In this document: positions 15,662-31,113 of the stretch, one piece after another
Position numbering within the stretch: the stretch's first letter is position 1
Layout: each line of letters opens with the position of its first letter
Source of the DNA: the human T2T-CHM13v2.0 reference genome, Homo sapiens
Reading direction: 5' to 3' (one strand)
DNA length: 64,000 nt
NCBI RefSeq assembly: GCF_009914755.1
Contig: NC_060931.1
The notes under the pieces: generated by a model
What the model was told of the DNA's origin: nothing
The model's input: only the letters and a program-made list of their open reading frames with translations
Databases searched by the model: none
Position numbers and translations under genes: made by a program

Positions 15662-18600
15662 TAAATACGAGCCTATTGAAAACAACAGAGAGAAAAGGAT
15701 ATGAAACAGCTAAGAACAAGAATTCATCCAGAGAGAGATTAGTTAAAATGAGAATGAATGAAAAGAAGTCAAAGTGTAATATGCAAATAAAGTTGAATCC
15801 TTGGAAGGATAATTTACACTTCTATTTAAAGATAGGCTATATTTGTGAAGTGGTTAGCTTATAATTCTAAACCTTATTATTTATTTCCCTGGCCTTTGTT
15901 TTTCCTCATTGTTTCAGTGTATATCCTGGACTTGTAAACATTCTACAATGAGCTGTTAAAATTCCATTTTTTGGCATGTAAATATAGTGTGTGAAATATT
16001 TCAGAGTTTTCTTCTATACACGAAACTGTTGCCTTGAGATAGTGGTGTGAAGGAGAAGGGAACACGGGAAAAAATAGAACAATCACCTATAAGTTGGCCA
16101 GAGACTGTGGTTCCCAAGGAGCCCTGCCTGACTGTATATAGTCAGATAGGAGACGCTACTAAGGTTTTCCCAACAGTAGAATGCAATTTGTCAAATGTTT
16201 GCATGTTCTGTTCCTCTTATATAAGAATTTTCATACCTTAGTTAATGAAATGTCAGTTGTATGATCCAATTGCCTCTCTTAAGCTTTTATTTCACCTTAG
16301 TTCTGTCTTTTCTCGCTGAAATTCCCTGTTTACAGGGACACAAAGAGCTGTTTTAAATCGGAAGCCAACGTTTGGGTGCCAGACAGCATGCTGGTGCCAC
16401 ATAGCATTCATTCCACAGTGAAACTGCAAACCAATACCTTTCTGTGCTAAATGGCACCGTATCTCCTCTCCTACTTCATTAGAATAGATTTCCTTCATGA
16501 TGCCAGCTGCTTTTCTGGCACCAGACATGAAGACTCGGACTAAATTATCCCCACTAAAACCATTGCTGGTGTCATAGTGCCAGACACACCACTCTGACCT
16601 CTCTTCCACCAGACTAAGTTAGAAGGCATATCTCCTCCAGGCCTGTTTTAGATTTTCTTGTTTTCCCTGCATTTTGTACTTTTGCATCATTCTTGTGGGC
16701 ACTGTGTTAGATGAACGAGTTGATTGCTGTTACTCACGAATGGATTTCACAGTTCTTCATGCAGAGGCTTGCTGCCTTTTTTTTCATGACATTTCTCATA
16801 ATGAGAATGATATAGTTCAAAGAATCACAAAGAAATAGGAATTAATAGTATATACTCAGAGTGAGACAAATGTCGTTGTGTTGAAGGGAATCTACTTACA
16901 AATATCTATCTCTATGAATGATTTTCAACCAGTCTTCAGTGTAAATTATCGGTATACTGAAGTTACTCATATTCTTTTGAGCATATTTTATAACCCTTTT
17001 ATCACAAATGGAAGGATTTCATGATGTTCACTTTTTTAACTTTAAAAACCTAATCACTTTCAGTGTCTTATAACGTTAAGATAAAGACAGAGAGCAAGTA
17101 TTACCATTCTTCACCAAAGTTAAACAACAGGAAGGGGCATTTGGGCACAGGTTCAATGTATGCAAAGCAGTCTACACTCATCTGAATATAAAATGGGAGA
17201 AAAAGACCACATTAATATCTGGTGACTAGTTTTCATTTTACTAACTGTTTTTTTCTTTAAGAAACAGAGAATGAAAATCAAACTAGCTTAAGGAAAAAGA
17301 GATTGGCTTATATACGTGGATGATGCAGAGGTAGATCGGGCTTCAGATATTGGGTTGACTCAACAGCTCAAGGGTGTCATTTAAGATACTTATTGTCTCC
17401 ATTAATATATTGATTTGCATAGTATTACCTTCATTCTAAGGCTACATAAATGGCTCCACAGTTTCAAAACCCATACCCACATACCATCCCATTCAGAAAG
17501 ACAGAAATAGCTGGCTGTAGCCAGCTGTCTTAGAGGAGTGGGGAACTCTCTCCATTCACTCAGAAACATCCAGCCAAGTTTCTTTGTCTGAGGTTGCCAA
17601 TTCCTAAATCAATTCCATTGGTAGAAGAACATCCTGGGAAGCAAGGCTCAGCGGTAAACTCTGTGAAACAATCATTGCAGTAGGAAGAAGGAGATTATCC
17701 TGATGAGGTCACTCAGGCTACAATTGCAGGTGGCATGGGCTCAGGGTCTCCTCTTTCCTACCCCCACTTCATTCTTACTTTGCAAGGGGGATTGACGGGA
17801 GGGAAATGTGAGAAGAATCCCAAGATCTACACTCTCAACAACTACTAAAGCATATTTTACTCCTTAGAGTGTCTGCCCAAGGCTTGCTTTTGGTGAAGTT
17901 GCCTGCCTTTAAGATTATGCAAACCTCACCTTTATCAATGAGCTCTCTCAGAACTGAAGAACTGAAAAGCTTCTGTTCAGTATTCAGAGAACACTTGAAA
18001 TAGAATCACAAATTAACCTAAAATATTTTATTACCTTCAAAGTACAAGATCTCCTGAAAAGCTTACAAGCTCAAAAATTCCCTGTTGAAGAAACTATCTT
18101 GAGGAACTGATTTGAGAAAAATCCAGATATAAAATAAAAATTAGTATCATCTTTAGAATAAGAGAGTAAACTATATTCCTGGTTTTTTAAAAAAGTTGTT
18201 ACCCAGGGAACATATAAATAGGAACACACACACACATATTCACATATGCATATAGATATGCATACATACGTACACATATACTTTAATCACCACATAACTT
18301 TTTTCTCCATTTATACAGAAGCAGAAGGGAAATCCTAAAGTCTTCTTTAACTAATGTGATTCTCAATAAATTCTTGTTTCAGTTTAAAAGTATCCATCAG
18401 AGATTATACACTGAGTTTGGCCCACAGATATGTCCTGTTTGACAGCTATCTAGGCAGAGCTGCCTCTCTCCAGTTTGACCAAAAGCCACAAATCCCCTTC
18501 CCCATCCAAAATTTACTCTTAATCCAATCTTTGAAAATATTAGAGAACACTTATTAGAGATGTGATCTAGTTGTGGTCATAGCCTGTCTTAACCAGGATA

Positions 18601-21600
18601 CAAAGGTAAGCAAATTCAGGCAACTCCTTGGTAAGCAAGAAAAAAAATAAACAGGATGGACTATTCAGGCCAAAATGAGGACATTCAAAACTAGCCTTGC
18701 TTCACAACTGGAGATTTTTATGTCACTCTTTGTTTTTCTAGGTTCTCTTGTGATAACATACATTTTTTTACAGAAAGGGTCAAACAAAATTGAGTATATG
18801 ATAGCTTTAGCGATGCTATGGCAGCCACCCAGCACCCTAGTCATGGAAATGTATTATTAGATGTTTCTAGACTCTTCAGCCATGGATTATTACTTTAGTT
18901 CAGTTATTTCTATAGATGGCTGATCTCAGTGGTTTCATGACAATTGTTCTAATTTCATTCTCGGAGGGAAACCTTAATTCCAAGAGCCAAGGATTCCTAG
19001 CTGTTACCACCTAGGTAGTAATTACAATTTTCACCGTGGGTGTTAAAGTCAAGATTTAAAAATATTGGTTCAGCATCACAACATGATATTAAATTGATAT
19101 TGAGTTCCTCTCACTCTTTTAAACATTTCCCTACAGAGAGAGTTTGCTCTCTCTCTGTAGGGTTATGTTTTTTTCTTTACATAAGGTATGATAACACATT
19201 TTTAAAGAAAGGAATTTTCATACATCATATTTTCTCTGACAGTCTTGACATTAAAACAATCAGTGTTTGTCACATGCAGTAATCGGGTATGGCAGGTCAT
19301 GCCTCACTTGCTATGCTAAGTAAAGGGGTTTGATAAATTTCAAAAACTCATACATCTTTGCAAGTTAAGTGGTAGTATAAAAGGTTTGTAGACCAAAGGA
19401 GTTTGAGCTACATTTCTTCAGGACCTTTTCTTGTTCAGCATTTTATTCTCAGAACCTAACACAATGCCTGGCTCACATGGGAGGTTTGATAAATATTTTT
19501 AAATAAGCTAATTAATGATAAAAGTTGGAAAAAAACTCAGAACAAACACATTTTCTTGCTAAGATACTTAAAACACAAGGAGATTTTTTCCCAAAGAGTC
19601 ATATTAAAGATGAAAATATAGATACCAACAAAACAATGAAAAAACAACTGATTTCTTTATTCAAACAACCATACTTCCAAATTACTATTTAATAACCAAC
19701 ACTACTCTTCAAACTTCACAGGTAGAGCACTTGTTTTCTACGATTTCTCTGAAAACAAGGTCACAAATGTTTGTTTAAAGAATCTAAAATATTACAAAAA
19801 AATTATGAACTTAACTAATGAGAAAATATAGTCTCTTTTGAAGAGAAGAGGATTAGGGATGAAAATAAAACATATTTCCAAAAGTAGATATGGATGCCCA
19901 AGTATCACAGGATTATTTGTGCAGAAAAAGACTTTTAATTTATTTAACCATGGTATACATTCTAGGATAGTATATTTTATTTTACATATTATAAATATGT
20001 TTTTAATACATAGAGAAAATTAAGAATACTATTTTGGCTGTTACATATCAGATTCTCCAGGATTCTGGACTACAGACATTTCAATTCAAAGTGTTTATTA
20101 AAGTGCAAGTGTAGTAAATCTTTTGGGGTGGAGAAAGTTAGTTGAACACTTAGTTATACTATTCCAACATGAAAAACAGATGGCAGGCCATCACCAATAC
20201 CACCTGTAACTTTCTTTGGTTTAAGCAATTTAGAATACAACTTTCTTTTACTTATAATTCCAGTTTGAATCAAGGCATCTACTACCCCAAGCATCAATGC
20301 TCTTCAATATCTAATTTCACAGTTTTCTTAACACGTATTTCATGTTATTTATTATAGTCAGAGGCATCCCAACACCTTTGTCTATCTTCGCTACCTTTTA
20401 AATGGTTTATCTGGCAAACCATCAATCACAAATCATGAAACATATTTTAGCTCAAGTAAGATCAGTTAAGAAAGAAAACAAGGCTTGTGTGGCCTAATTG
20501 GAAACATTATTCACATCAATAAGTGATAAATGCTTGTTCTGGGAAAGAATATTTATCCCCCAGATCTGTCTGTAATGTATAATATGGACAAGATTAAAAT
20601 CTCCAATCACCTTCTAACTTCAGGCCATAAAGATATTGATAAAAGCAACTGAAAGCTTTTGTGAAAATAAAAGTTGTCAAAAAAAAACCCTCAATTTCAG
20701 GTTCAAAAGATTGCTTATATTACCAAAAACATAAATGCACGTATTCTATTTATAGTTTATTCTCTGGTTAAAACTACAGCTTATGAACAACTTGAAAGAA
20801 AATGCCCAATAAATTTCTGTAAATGTTTTAGTATGTTTCAAAACCTTTAATGAATTAGCTTATTTGGCTTTATCCTGAATGACATGTGCTAGAAGTTTTC
20901 AATAATCTCTTATTTGATATTTGTACTATTAAATAACTTTTATTAATTATATGATAACATTTCTAATTCAAAATTATTGATAATACATATACTACTTTCT
21001 GTGTCTTGGAGGAGACAGTAAACATATCCAAGTAAATATATTTCCAAAATAGAAAAAGACATGATGTTTCTTTTATAAAATTTTAATTTAAAGAACACAG
21101 ATGCACTCACTTACTCCATGAGGTCAATTGCACCACCACGACCACATTAACCAAGTGATGTTCACTTACTTTACAGGTAATTTATTATAACTGCAGCACT
21201 GTCTCAGGAATGGTTCACACAAATAATTTAACTTAGGTAAACACCATTTTCCAGTAATGACAGGACAAAACAAACTTTGGGAGCATTTATGAACAGTAAT
21301 GTCTCACTCTCAGTACACATTTGCCAACTGATCTCTGTTGTTTGCAAATGAATTAACTATGGCTTGAAAAATCATTAGAGCCATCTGCTTTGATGGTAAG
21401 AAAGAACTGCTATGATCATTTTTTTATAAGAGCAGAGACTAGGGACTATTTTAACATATTTTTAGCATCATTTGCCCTAAATTTGACATGCTATCTAAAA
21501 AATTAACAGTATTATTGATTCTTGTTGAGGCTACCTGTAAATCTGTTTACTGAGAAACTGCTTTTCACAGATAACCCTCTGTTCAGTTTTGTTAGTGATA

Positions 21601-22899
21601 CTGAACGTGGAAAGTGTCCATTTTTCCTACATCCAAATTAGTCATTAGGTACCAAAATACTTGATTTTCCAATGATTCAATCCTTTAAGAACTGATGAAT
21701 GAAATAAAAATTCAGTTAACAAATTAGTTCCTTTCATTGTTTTGAAAGAGTCAGTGGAATGAAAATGAACTTTTGTTTATTTCCTTATTCAAACAATTTA
21801 GATGAGTGTTATTTTCAATGCTACAAACATCCGAATAGCACATTTTTTCACTTGCTAGAAAAGTATCTATCTTTACTTTCTTATGAATATTTGATTCAGG
21901 AACATGTTTGTAATGTGATGATTAGTAACTCCTTGTATTTGTCAGGTCTTAAAAAAGCAAGTGTATACAAATACACACACACCCATACACACCCAGTGTA
22001 AACTCATTATTGCATGTTTATTTCTCAAGGATGCATACATTTTTCAAAAGAAAGGAAAGAGGAGAAAAGAAAGGAGGAAGGGACAAGGGAAGAAAATAGA
22101 GAGAGCTCACTGGTGTTTATTTTCTGTGGAAATTTGCCAATAACTATGTAGTTTAAATACTATTGAATTCATAATGTTAAGATATATTATTTACCCTTTG
22201 TTAAAAATCTTTTTTTTCTTCTATCTTTTAGGATGGTGGTGTTAGAGAGCTGACTGCAAAGGAGGACCTGTCCATTTACAAGTGCACTTGGATTCAGTTG
22301 ACATCCAATAACCATATATATATTGAGCAAATAGATAGATGGATGGATGGATGACTGGATAGAAGATACATTAAACTTTATTCTGTCTAAACCTTAATTA
22401 AAATATAGAGGAAAAATCTCCTTAGGTGGTAAATAGCAGTCCTCTTCAAATCATAAGAGTATCTTCTTACCTGGCTGCACAGAATTGAAGGAGACAAATA
22501 TATAGTTATAATCCATCAGATTAGTTGACTCAAATCTCTGAATCTACGGGATGAAAAACATGCTAAAAATAGCTTCACCATAACTGCATACAGAGTTGTA
22601 TGTATCAATAGTATACAAAAAGAGATAAGCAGGTAGATTTCATGAAATGTCTCATAATCTTAAATGTAAATAGCAAAACAGCAAATATACTTCCTTAACA
22701 CAGTGAATATAAAGGAATTTATTCTTAAAAACTTACATTTGTGTATTCAAAAAGAAATCTCACAATCTAATAACTGGGTTTCTTTCTTTCCTTCTGTTTT
22801 TGTTTTTGTTTGTTTGTTTGTTTGTTTGTTTTTTACATTCGGGAGAAAAACAGCATTACATACTAGTACAGGTTTAAGTCAGTGAGGCCAAGAGCTGGC

Positions 22900-23155
22900 C
22901 AGAGCACAGGCTGGTAGTAAATGCCTGACATGTTCTTCTAGTTGGGCAAGCAATCTGAAAGACAGCAAGAGAGAGAGCCCAAGATGGAAATGACTGTCTT
23001 TTATAATCTAACCCTAGAAGTAGCACCCCAGCATGTCTGTGATGTTTGATAGAAAGAAGTTATTAGGTTCTTCCCATACTCAAAGGAAGGGAGCTAAACA
23101 AGGCAATAAATATCATGAGATGAAGATCATTTGGGACCATCCTAAAGGCTGCTCA
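22900..23155 (-). mobile_element. Old MLT1 (F/G/H-like) LTR fragment
   Basis: CAAGATGGAA...TCTTTTATAATCTAACCCTAGAAGT...GATCATTTGGGACCATC. Confidence 0.55.
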
Positions 23156-23763
23156 CCCTAGCTCCTTAAACCATAAACAAACCTTTCTCCATTGATTCAT
23201 TCCAAGGCATCCCTCTTCTCTGAATTTTAACAATTTCTTTTCAGTTTAAACCTGAAATCAATCAACCTATCTATAAATAAGCCATTCTTTCCTCCTTCCC
23301 ATGAATCTTAGAGAAACGTCTCTTCTTCTCCCTACCCTCTGCCTTATAGGGTTATTGAAATATTAACTGTGAAAGCGAGTATCTAACATTTGCTAGAAAA
23401 CCTGTAATGTGTTGTAGCCCTCACTGTACCAGCATGGTTTGTTGTTCAATGTTAATCCCCACACCTGAACTTTGAAACCTGTTTCCACAAGTTCTTGCAT
23501 CATCACTTTCCTGTCTACTTCAACATCAGTTACAGATAATTTTAAGTCTCAACCATTTAATTTATCCATTTATTCACTTTAGTTTCAAATACTCCTTCTC
23601 ATATTCTTCTTCTTTTGCAACTACTGTCCTATATTAATAGATGAATTTCTTAAAAAATAAACTGCCAGGTTCACTTTCTCACTTCTCAATAACCTCCCTG
23701 AACTCTAGTTCCACATCCCTGCTGTGCTTCTCTGTAAATATTGGCAGGGATATTCTGACTAAA

Positions 23764-23942
23764 CCAATGGCTCTCCAAATGTGGTCCTTGACAGCATCAG
23801 AACCACCTGGGAATTTGTTAGAAATGCGCATTTTGGGTCCCTATCATAGGCCTACTGAAACTCTAGGGCTGAGGCTCAATCATCTTTTTTAATTAGCCCT
23901 GTTAGCTCATTCTGATGCTGGCTAAAATTTGAGAACTGTTGG
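23764..23942. mobile_element. MER5A (hAT-Charlie MITE) within L2-derived sequence
   Basis: CAGCATCAGAACCACCTGGGAATTTGTTAGAAATGC...TTCTGATGC...AAATTTGAGAACTGTTG. Confidence 0.8.
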
Positions 23943-25218
23943 CTTAGACCGTCATAAAAGAACTACTGTCCCAAACTAATGAACCACCTCTGGTCTTTAT
24001 TTAACTTTGTGCAGCATTGAAAACTGATTCCTTGAAAGTTTCCTCACATACTCTCCCAAACATCCTCTTTTCTTTCTACCTCTCTGATAATTCATTCTTA
24101 GTATTCTTTTTAAACTTTTCTTGTCCTACCTATTCTGAGAATGATAGACTCATTCTCCATTTTCTTCTTTTATCTATATGCATGTTTATCCTGGGAATTT
24201 TACCTGTTCCATTAATTTATATCTGAAGCTACTAATACCTACCAAATTCATATCCCCTGCCCAGTCCACTTCTCTGGGTAGATAATCATATTTTCAACAT
24301 CTAAATCAAGATCACTAAATGGGTATCTTCTGTAAGTACAAAATCAACACGTCCAAACCAGAAATCATAACCCCCACAACAGCACCCAGATATATTCCTC
24401 CTATTTCTTATCATGATAAAACGGAAGGTAATTTTTATAGTCATCACATTCAGAAAACTGCCATTCACATCACGGTCTACGCCCTTCCCGTATCTTCATG
24501 TAGTTAATCGGGAATTGCTCCAGATTTTGTCTCCTACTTTATCAGAGCCCTTCTCAGAATCTCTATTGTTATTTCTGGAATGGTAGTTTTCTCATTTTAT
24601 CCTTAAAAGTAGTTATGAATCTTATGGCCATCTTTAGAGTAGGAAACTGAGACTAAATGGGGTTCAACAACTTCCCCAAAAGATACACAGCAACTAAGCA
24701 TCTCAGCGAAGCTCTAAATCTAACTATATAGTTCTTTACTATATTGCCTTAGGATACTTTTATACTCTTAAAAGTCATTAAGGACCTATAAAAGCTTTGG
24801 CTTATTTGGGTCATACTTGAGAATACCTGGAAATTCTAAAATTACATGTGTTGACTTAAATTTCATCATTAAACAAAACAGTAGCCCCACATTTTGCTAA
24901 TTACACTTTTTTTATGAAATATAACTAAATTTTCTAAAACAGAAATATTTAATGAGTACAGTGCTATTGTTTTAAATGTTTGTGAATCTCTTTATTGTCT
25001 GGCTTAATACAATCATATTCTCATATCTGCTTCTGCATTTAATCTGATAAAATATGTTGTACTGGTTGAAATGAATAAAGAAAACCGAGCCTCATACTGT
25101 TATATAATTACACATGGAAGAGTATCTTAATAATCTTTTCAGATAATTGTCAATATTCTTCTTTGATAGCACAGCAAAACTCAACATGCAGTAGCTTCTT
25201 AAAAATTTGCTACAATGT

Positions 25219-25510
25219 GGCTGGGTGCCGCGGCTCACGCCTGTAATCCCACCACTTTGGGAGGCCAAGGTGGGTGGATCACGAGGTCAGGAGTTCAAGA
25301 CCAGCCTGGCCAGCATGGAGAAACCCTGTCTCTACTAAAAATACAAAAAATTAGCCAGGTGTGGTGGCACGGGCCTGTAATCCCAGCTATTCCGGAGGCT
25401 GAGGCAGAGAATTGCTTAAACCTAGAGGGGCGGAGGTTGCAGTGAGCCGAGATCGCACCACTGCACTCCAGCCTGGGCGACAGAGCGAGACTCCGTCTCA
25501 AAAAAAAAAA
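25219..25510 (+). mobile_element. AluS (Sg-like) element
   Basis: Full body; TSD ATTTG(C/T)TACAATGT. Confidence 0.95.
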
Positions 25511-26244
25511 ATATTTGTTACAATGTTGTATCTGAAATCATATCAATAACCTTTTGGGAATGTATTGCATTAACATTCATTCGTTTATCATGCTTTATAA
25601 ATATATCTATTATCCACTCAAACCTTTGTAACATAATTTATTGGCCAGTTGGATCATACTAATTTATTGAATTAAGCAGATCTTTCAAATACTGACACAG
25701 TTCATTATACATTTTAGAAATCACATCTACTAATATCACTTCCAATCTTATCAGAAAAGACTTTAAGTACCAAAAAGTGGTGGATACAAGTTTTACAAAA
25801 TATTATTATCTCTTGAACACTTAAACTTTATTATTGACAACAAACACCTGCCCATTATTTTCTCTGAAGTTACAAACTCACTTCTTCCATTTTCAAGAAA
25901 ATGTGTCTACTGCCTAAGTGTGAATAGTCATAGTTTTTGTCTTTTAGCCACTTTCAAGTAAAACCAGTTTCCTACAATAATAATAATAATGTGGCAAGTT
26001 CAGCTTGCAACTGAAACAATCGTACCAGTGCATTTTCTTGAAATAACTATCCTATCTTGATATTTAGTAGATGTTCTTTATGAGTACTTCTTGTTTTTTC
26101 ACAAACACTATTAAATAGGCATGAACTCAAAGATTGAGATTTAATAAAAAATTTGTATGTCTTTTCCCCCTCTCTGTGAATGAATGGTGGTAAAAAAATA
26201 ATGACTGCCAGTAAGTTTGGTGCCATTGCCTTTATTTGTGTTAA

Positions 26245-26741
<497 letters not shown>

Positions 26742-28055
26742 TAAAGCTATTCCATGCTTTTAAAATAGCACTTTCCCTCCAGAACTTATGCTCCCAACTT
26801 TATAATTTATACTATATTAATTATTCTACCACTATTTGGAAAGTTATTATTGTGATAACCCGATAATAAAGTTATTATCAGGTTTATGGTATCTGATGTT
26901 AAAATGCCAAGGTTTGAATATGACTGAGCTATCTATTGGCTATGCAACTCTAGGCAATAAATCTTAACAATATTTATTTTTCCAGATAAAGAAAATACAG
27001 GTAAGTTAATTAATTTGAATTTAAATCCAAGTTTGCCTCCTGGTGCCTATATATAAAATCTTAAGTTCTTTATGTGACACTGAGAACATACACTTCCTCC
27101 GCATAAGTTAATTGTCTCTACTTTTGCTCTCTGCTTCCTCTCATCTCACTCTAGTCTCACAGAGCCACTCCCTAGAAGCACCAGTAGTAAATTGCGTGTA
27201 GTGTTGACATTTACAAACTTATCAGACAATGCATTTTACATCTACTTGACCTATGCATATCCTTTTGGTGGTCTCTCTGTCTCCAATACTAATCTCAGTA
27301 CTAGAGCCCTACTTATTTTTATGAGAGCATTAGTGCATTTTATTCCACTTAAATGTCTATATAACTGGTTTCCCTGTCTCAGGTGCAGCCATGTTTTACA
27401 GTGGAATGAGTGAGATAATAATTATTTTTATAACTTTCAAAGATTTCAACACACAATGTAGGTTTAATTTAAAAGAGATTAAAGAAGGAGATTTATAGCA
27501 AAGTGCTCCCATAAATATGTTGGCTTTCAAAGGAAATTATGAGAAATTTTCTCACAAAGGGCTGGAAATTTTCACTTATTTAGATATCAATAAGTAGTCT
27601 TAAGTGAAATCTGGCTACATTACTGTATTTAAATCTGGCAAAGATTAAACTAAATTGCCACATGTAAAGAAAATGTGTGCAGCTATAGAAGGGATAAGGA
27701 GATAGAATGAGATCTTAATTGAAGGACTAAACCTGTCTAGAAATGATAACAATACTTTAATAACGGAAGTACATCACGTCCAAAATATTTTCTTTGGATG
27801 AGGGAAAGTACAGTCATGATGTTTTCATCATGTTTTTCTTTTCCCTCGAATTTTCTACATTGAAAATGTCACAAATATATGATTTGAAAAAAATGTTATT
27901 TTGAAAAATAAATAAGAAAAACAACACAGTTGCCCAGTTAATTAATTGCAACTTTAGAAGCTTTATGAAGTCATTGGTTTTAAGAAATACCATATAAATT
28001 ATCTTAAGCACCAGAACAGAACATTGATTTTAGATAATGAGGAAACTCTTATTAT

Positions 28056-28841
<786 letters not shown>

Positions 28842-31064
28842 GTTTCTGGCACCCAATAAATCTCTTCTCCCTAATACCATCCTTATTCTGCAATAGATAA
28901 AGGTCAAGGTTAGTAAAGAGATAATAAAGATCCAGAGAGGTTACCTGTTTAATTATAGGACTGAAAATAAAAACCACTTTATGAAAAACCAAAGGCAGGA
29001 AAGAATGTTCATTGACATTTAATACTGACTCTTGCCATGCTTAAACACACACATATACACACACAAACACATGCACTTTCAAGCACCTCTAATATTCATC
29101 AAGATACTCAACCAGGGCCCTGCGTGTCACTACCACACCTTGTCTCTATAATAATTGCACCTGGTCTCTATAACATCTACTGCAGAGAGTTCTTGTGTGC
29201 AAGATGATCTATGGAGTGTGGGTAGAAAAATTTAATATGTGTGTTTACACCTGCATTTTTCTCATTAATAAAAAAAGGATTAATAGTAGTATCTATTCCA
29301 TATGGTTGTTTCAAAGGGTATATGAGTTAATTCACAAAAAGCATTTAAAATAGTTTGGAAGAAAGTTCCTTGATCAATAAATGGTAGCAATTATTGTTAT
29401 TACTATTATTATTGCTGTTGTTCATTTTTTAATTAGACACAGGTTGAGTTTTGCCTATATTTACAACAGTAACAGCAGTGATAACTACAGAAATACACTT
29501 ATCTTGGGTATGCATATTCAAAAATGTTTAGATGCGTTTCATAATTGACATGCAGAAAAAAATAGCCAAATTAAATCATATCTCAACCTACTGGGTGCTT
29601 AAATTTAGCCAAGGTGAAATGCTCTTTCTATATCTTTGTGGAGTGTCTCCAGCCTGAATTCTCTTCTACCTTCTCTTTTCAGCTGAGTACTTTCTTCAAT
29701 CCTCAATATAACCATCTGTGCATCTCCCTGATCCTACAATGTCCCTCTCTTCCATTTCATCTCTGTTCTCACAGGAATTATAAATATTTGTTTTATAGTA
29801 CTTTTCCCATTGTATTTTAATTGGTTATAAATTTGTTTATAGTATTTGATTATAAAATACTTGAGGATAGCAACTGTGTCTTAGTGAACTTCATTTCTCT
29901 GGTGACTAACACAAAGCTAACAACTGTTTGCAGGAGAAATATTGAATGATCTCCCTTTTTATCTTGACATAGAAATTGATTAATTTCTTTCCCTGTAGGA
30001 TGATACAGGAAAAACAAAATTTTATGTATACAATTTACAAACATAGATTTCCTTTTCTTAGGTTATTAAAATCTGGCCAGAGATTCATTCCACAATGACA
30101 TCTCCCTGGAGGCGACGACTTTAGTTTTCCTTCACTTCTATCTGACTTTGATGTTTGACAAAGATGTTCAAACTCTTAACCCAGAGAAGACACCTAAGGA
30201 AGCCACATGGTGTGGGAAAAAGTGACATATTTTAGTTTCATATAAAACTCCATTTTTTATGTTGGCTGTGCCATTTAGGAACAGAGATTTTGAGAAATAT
30301 AAATAATTCTTTCTCTTCTTCTTTGACTTTATCAGTAAACTTAAAATTATAAAGTTTAACTCACAGCTTGCTCTTTTATTTCTTTTGAGAACATAAAATC
30401 ACAGATATCTTATTTGATTAATTTCCTTATACAGGGTAGATATCACTACTGACAACCTCTATCAACTCCTTCTTCTAAAATGAGACTTGTGACTTGTGTT
30501 TTTAATTTTTTAACTGTTAGATAATTATATCATTCCTTTAAAATATAGTAAGCTCCTTGATGACACACTCAATCTCTCCCTTCTCCCAGAGTGCTTAATC
30601 AATATTTGTTTCTTGAATTGAATAGAACTGAGTGGTAAGATTTCCCTCCAATTTTGGTTATTTTCTAATATGAGAGTCTGGATGATCTACTCCCTCACGT
30701 ACACAGTGCATGTGCCCTGGCGTGACTCGGCAGGCTCTGATCACCAGCCAATTTTCGGCAGCAAACCCGTATTTTTTTTTTATTCTGAGAAATTATAAAA
30801 ATAACATTCCTGCCATCACTTCATCAATTCATAAAGTGACTTTAGTCTCTTGCTTTCTAAATCCTTTCATTTCTCCTTTATAAGCCTGCCAATAGCCTGG
30901 GCCTTTGCTGGCCTTACATATTTAATCAGAGTAACCAATGCTGAGGATTTTTACAGGGAATTAAGTTTGATTTGTTTTGAAACATTTATTTATTCCATAT
31001 GGCATTTAAGTGACTGAATTATTTTTGGTGTTGGAATGAGGTTGCATAAACTGGATTCAAATTT

Positions 31065-31068
<4 letters not shown>

Positions 31069-31112
<44 letters not shown>
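31069..31112. repeat. (CA)22 microsatellite
   Basis: Directly counted. Confidence 0.98.
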
Positions 31113-31113
<1 letters not shown>

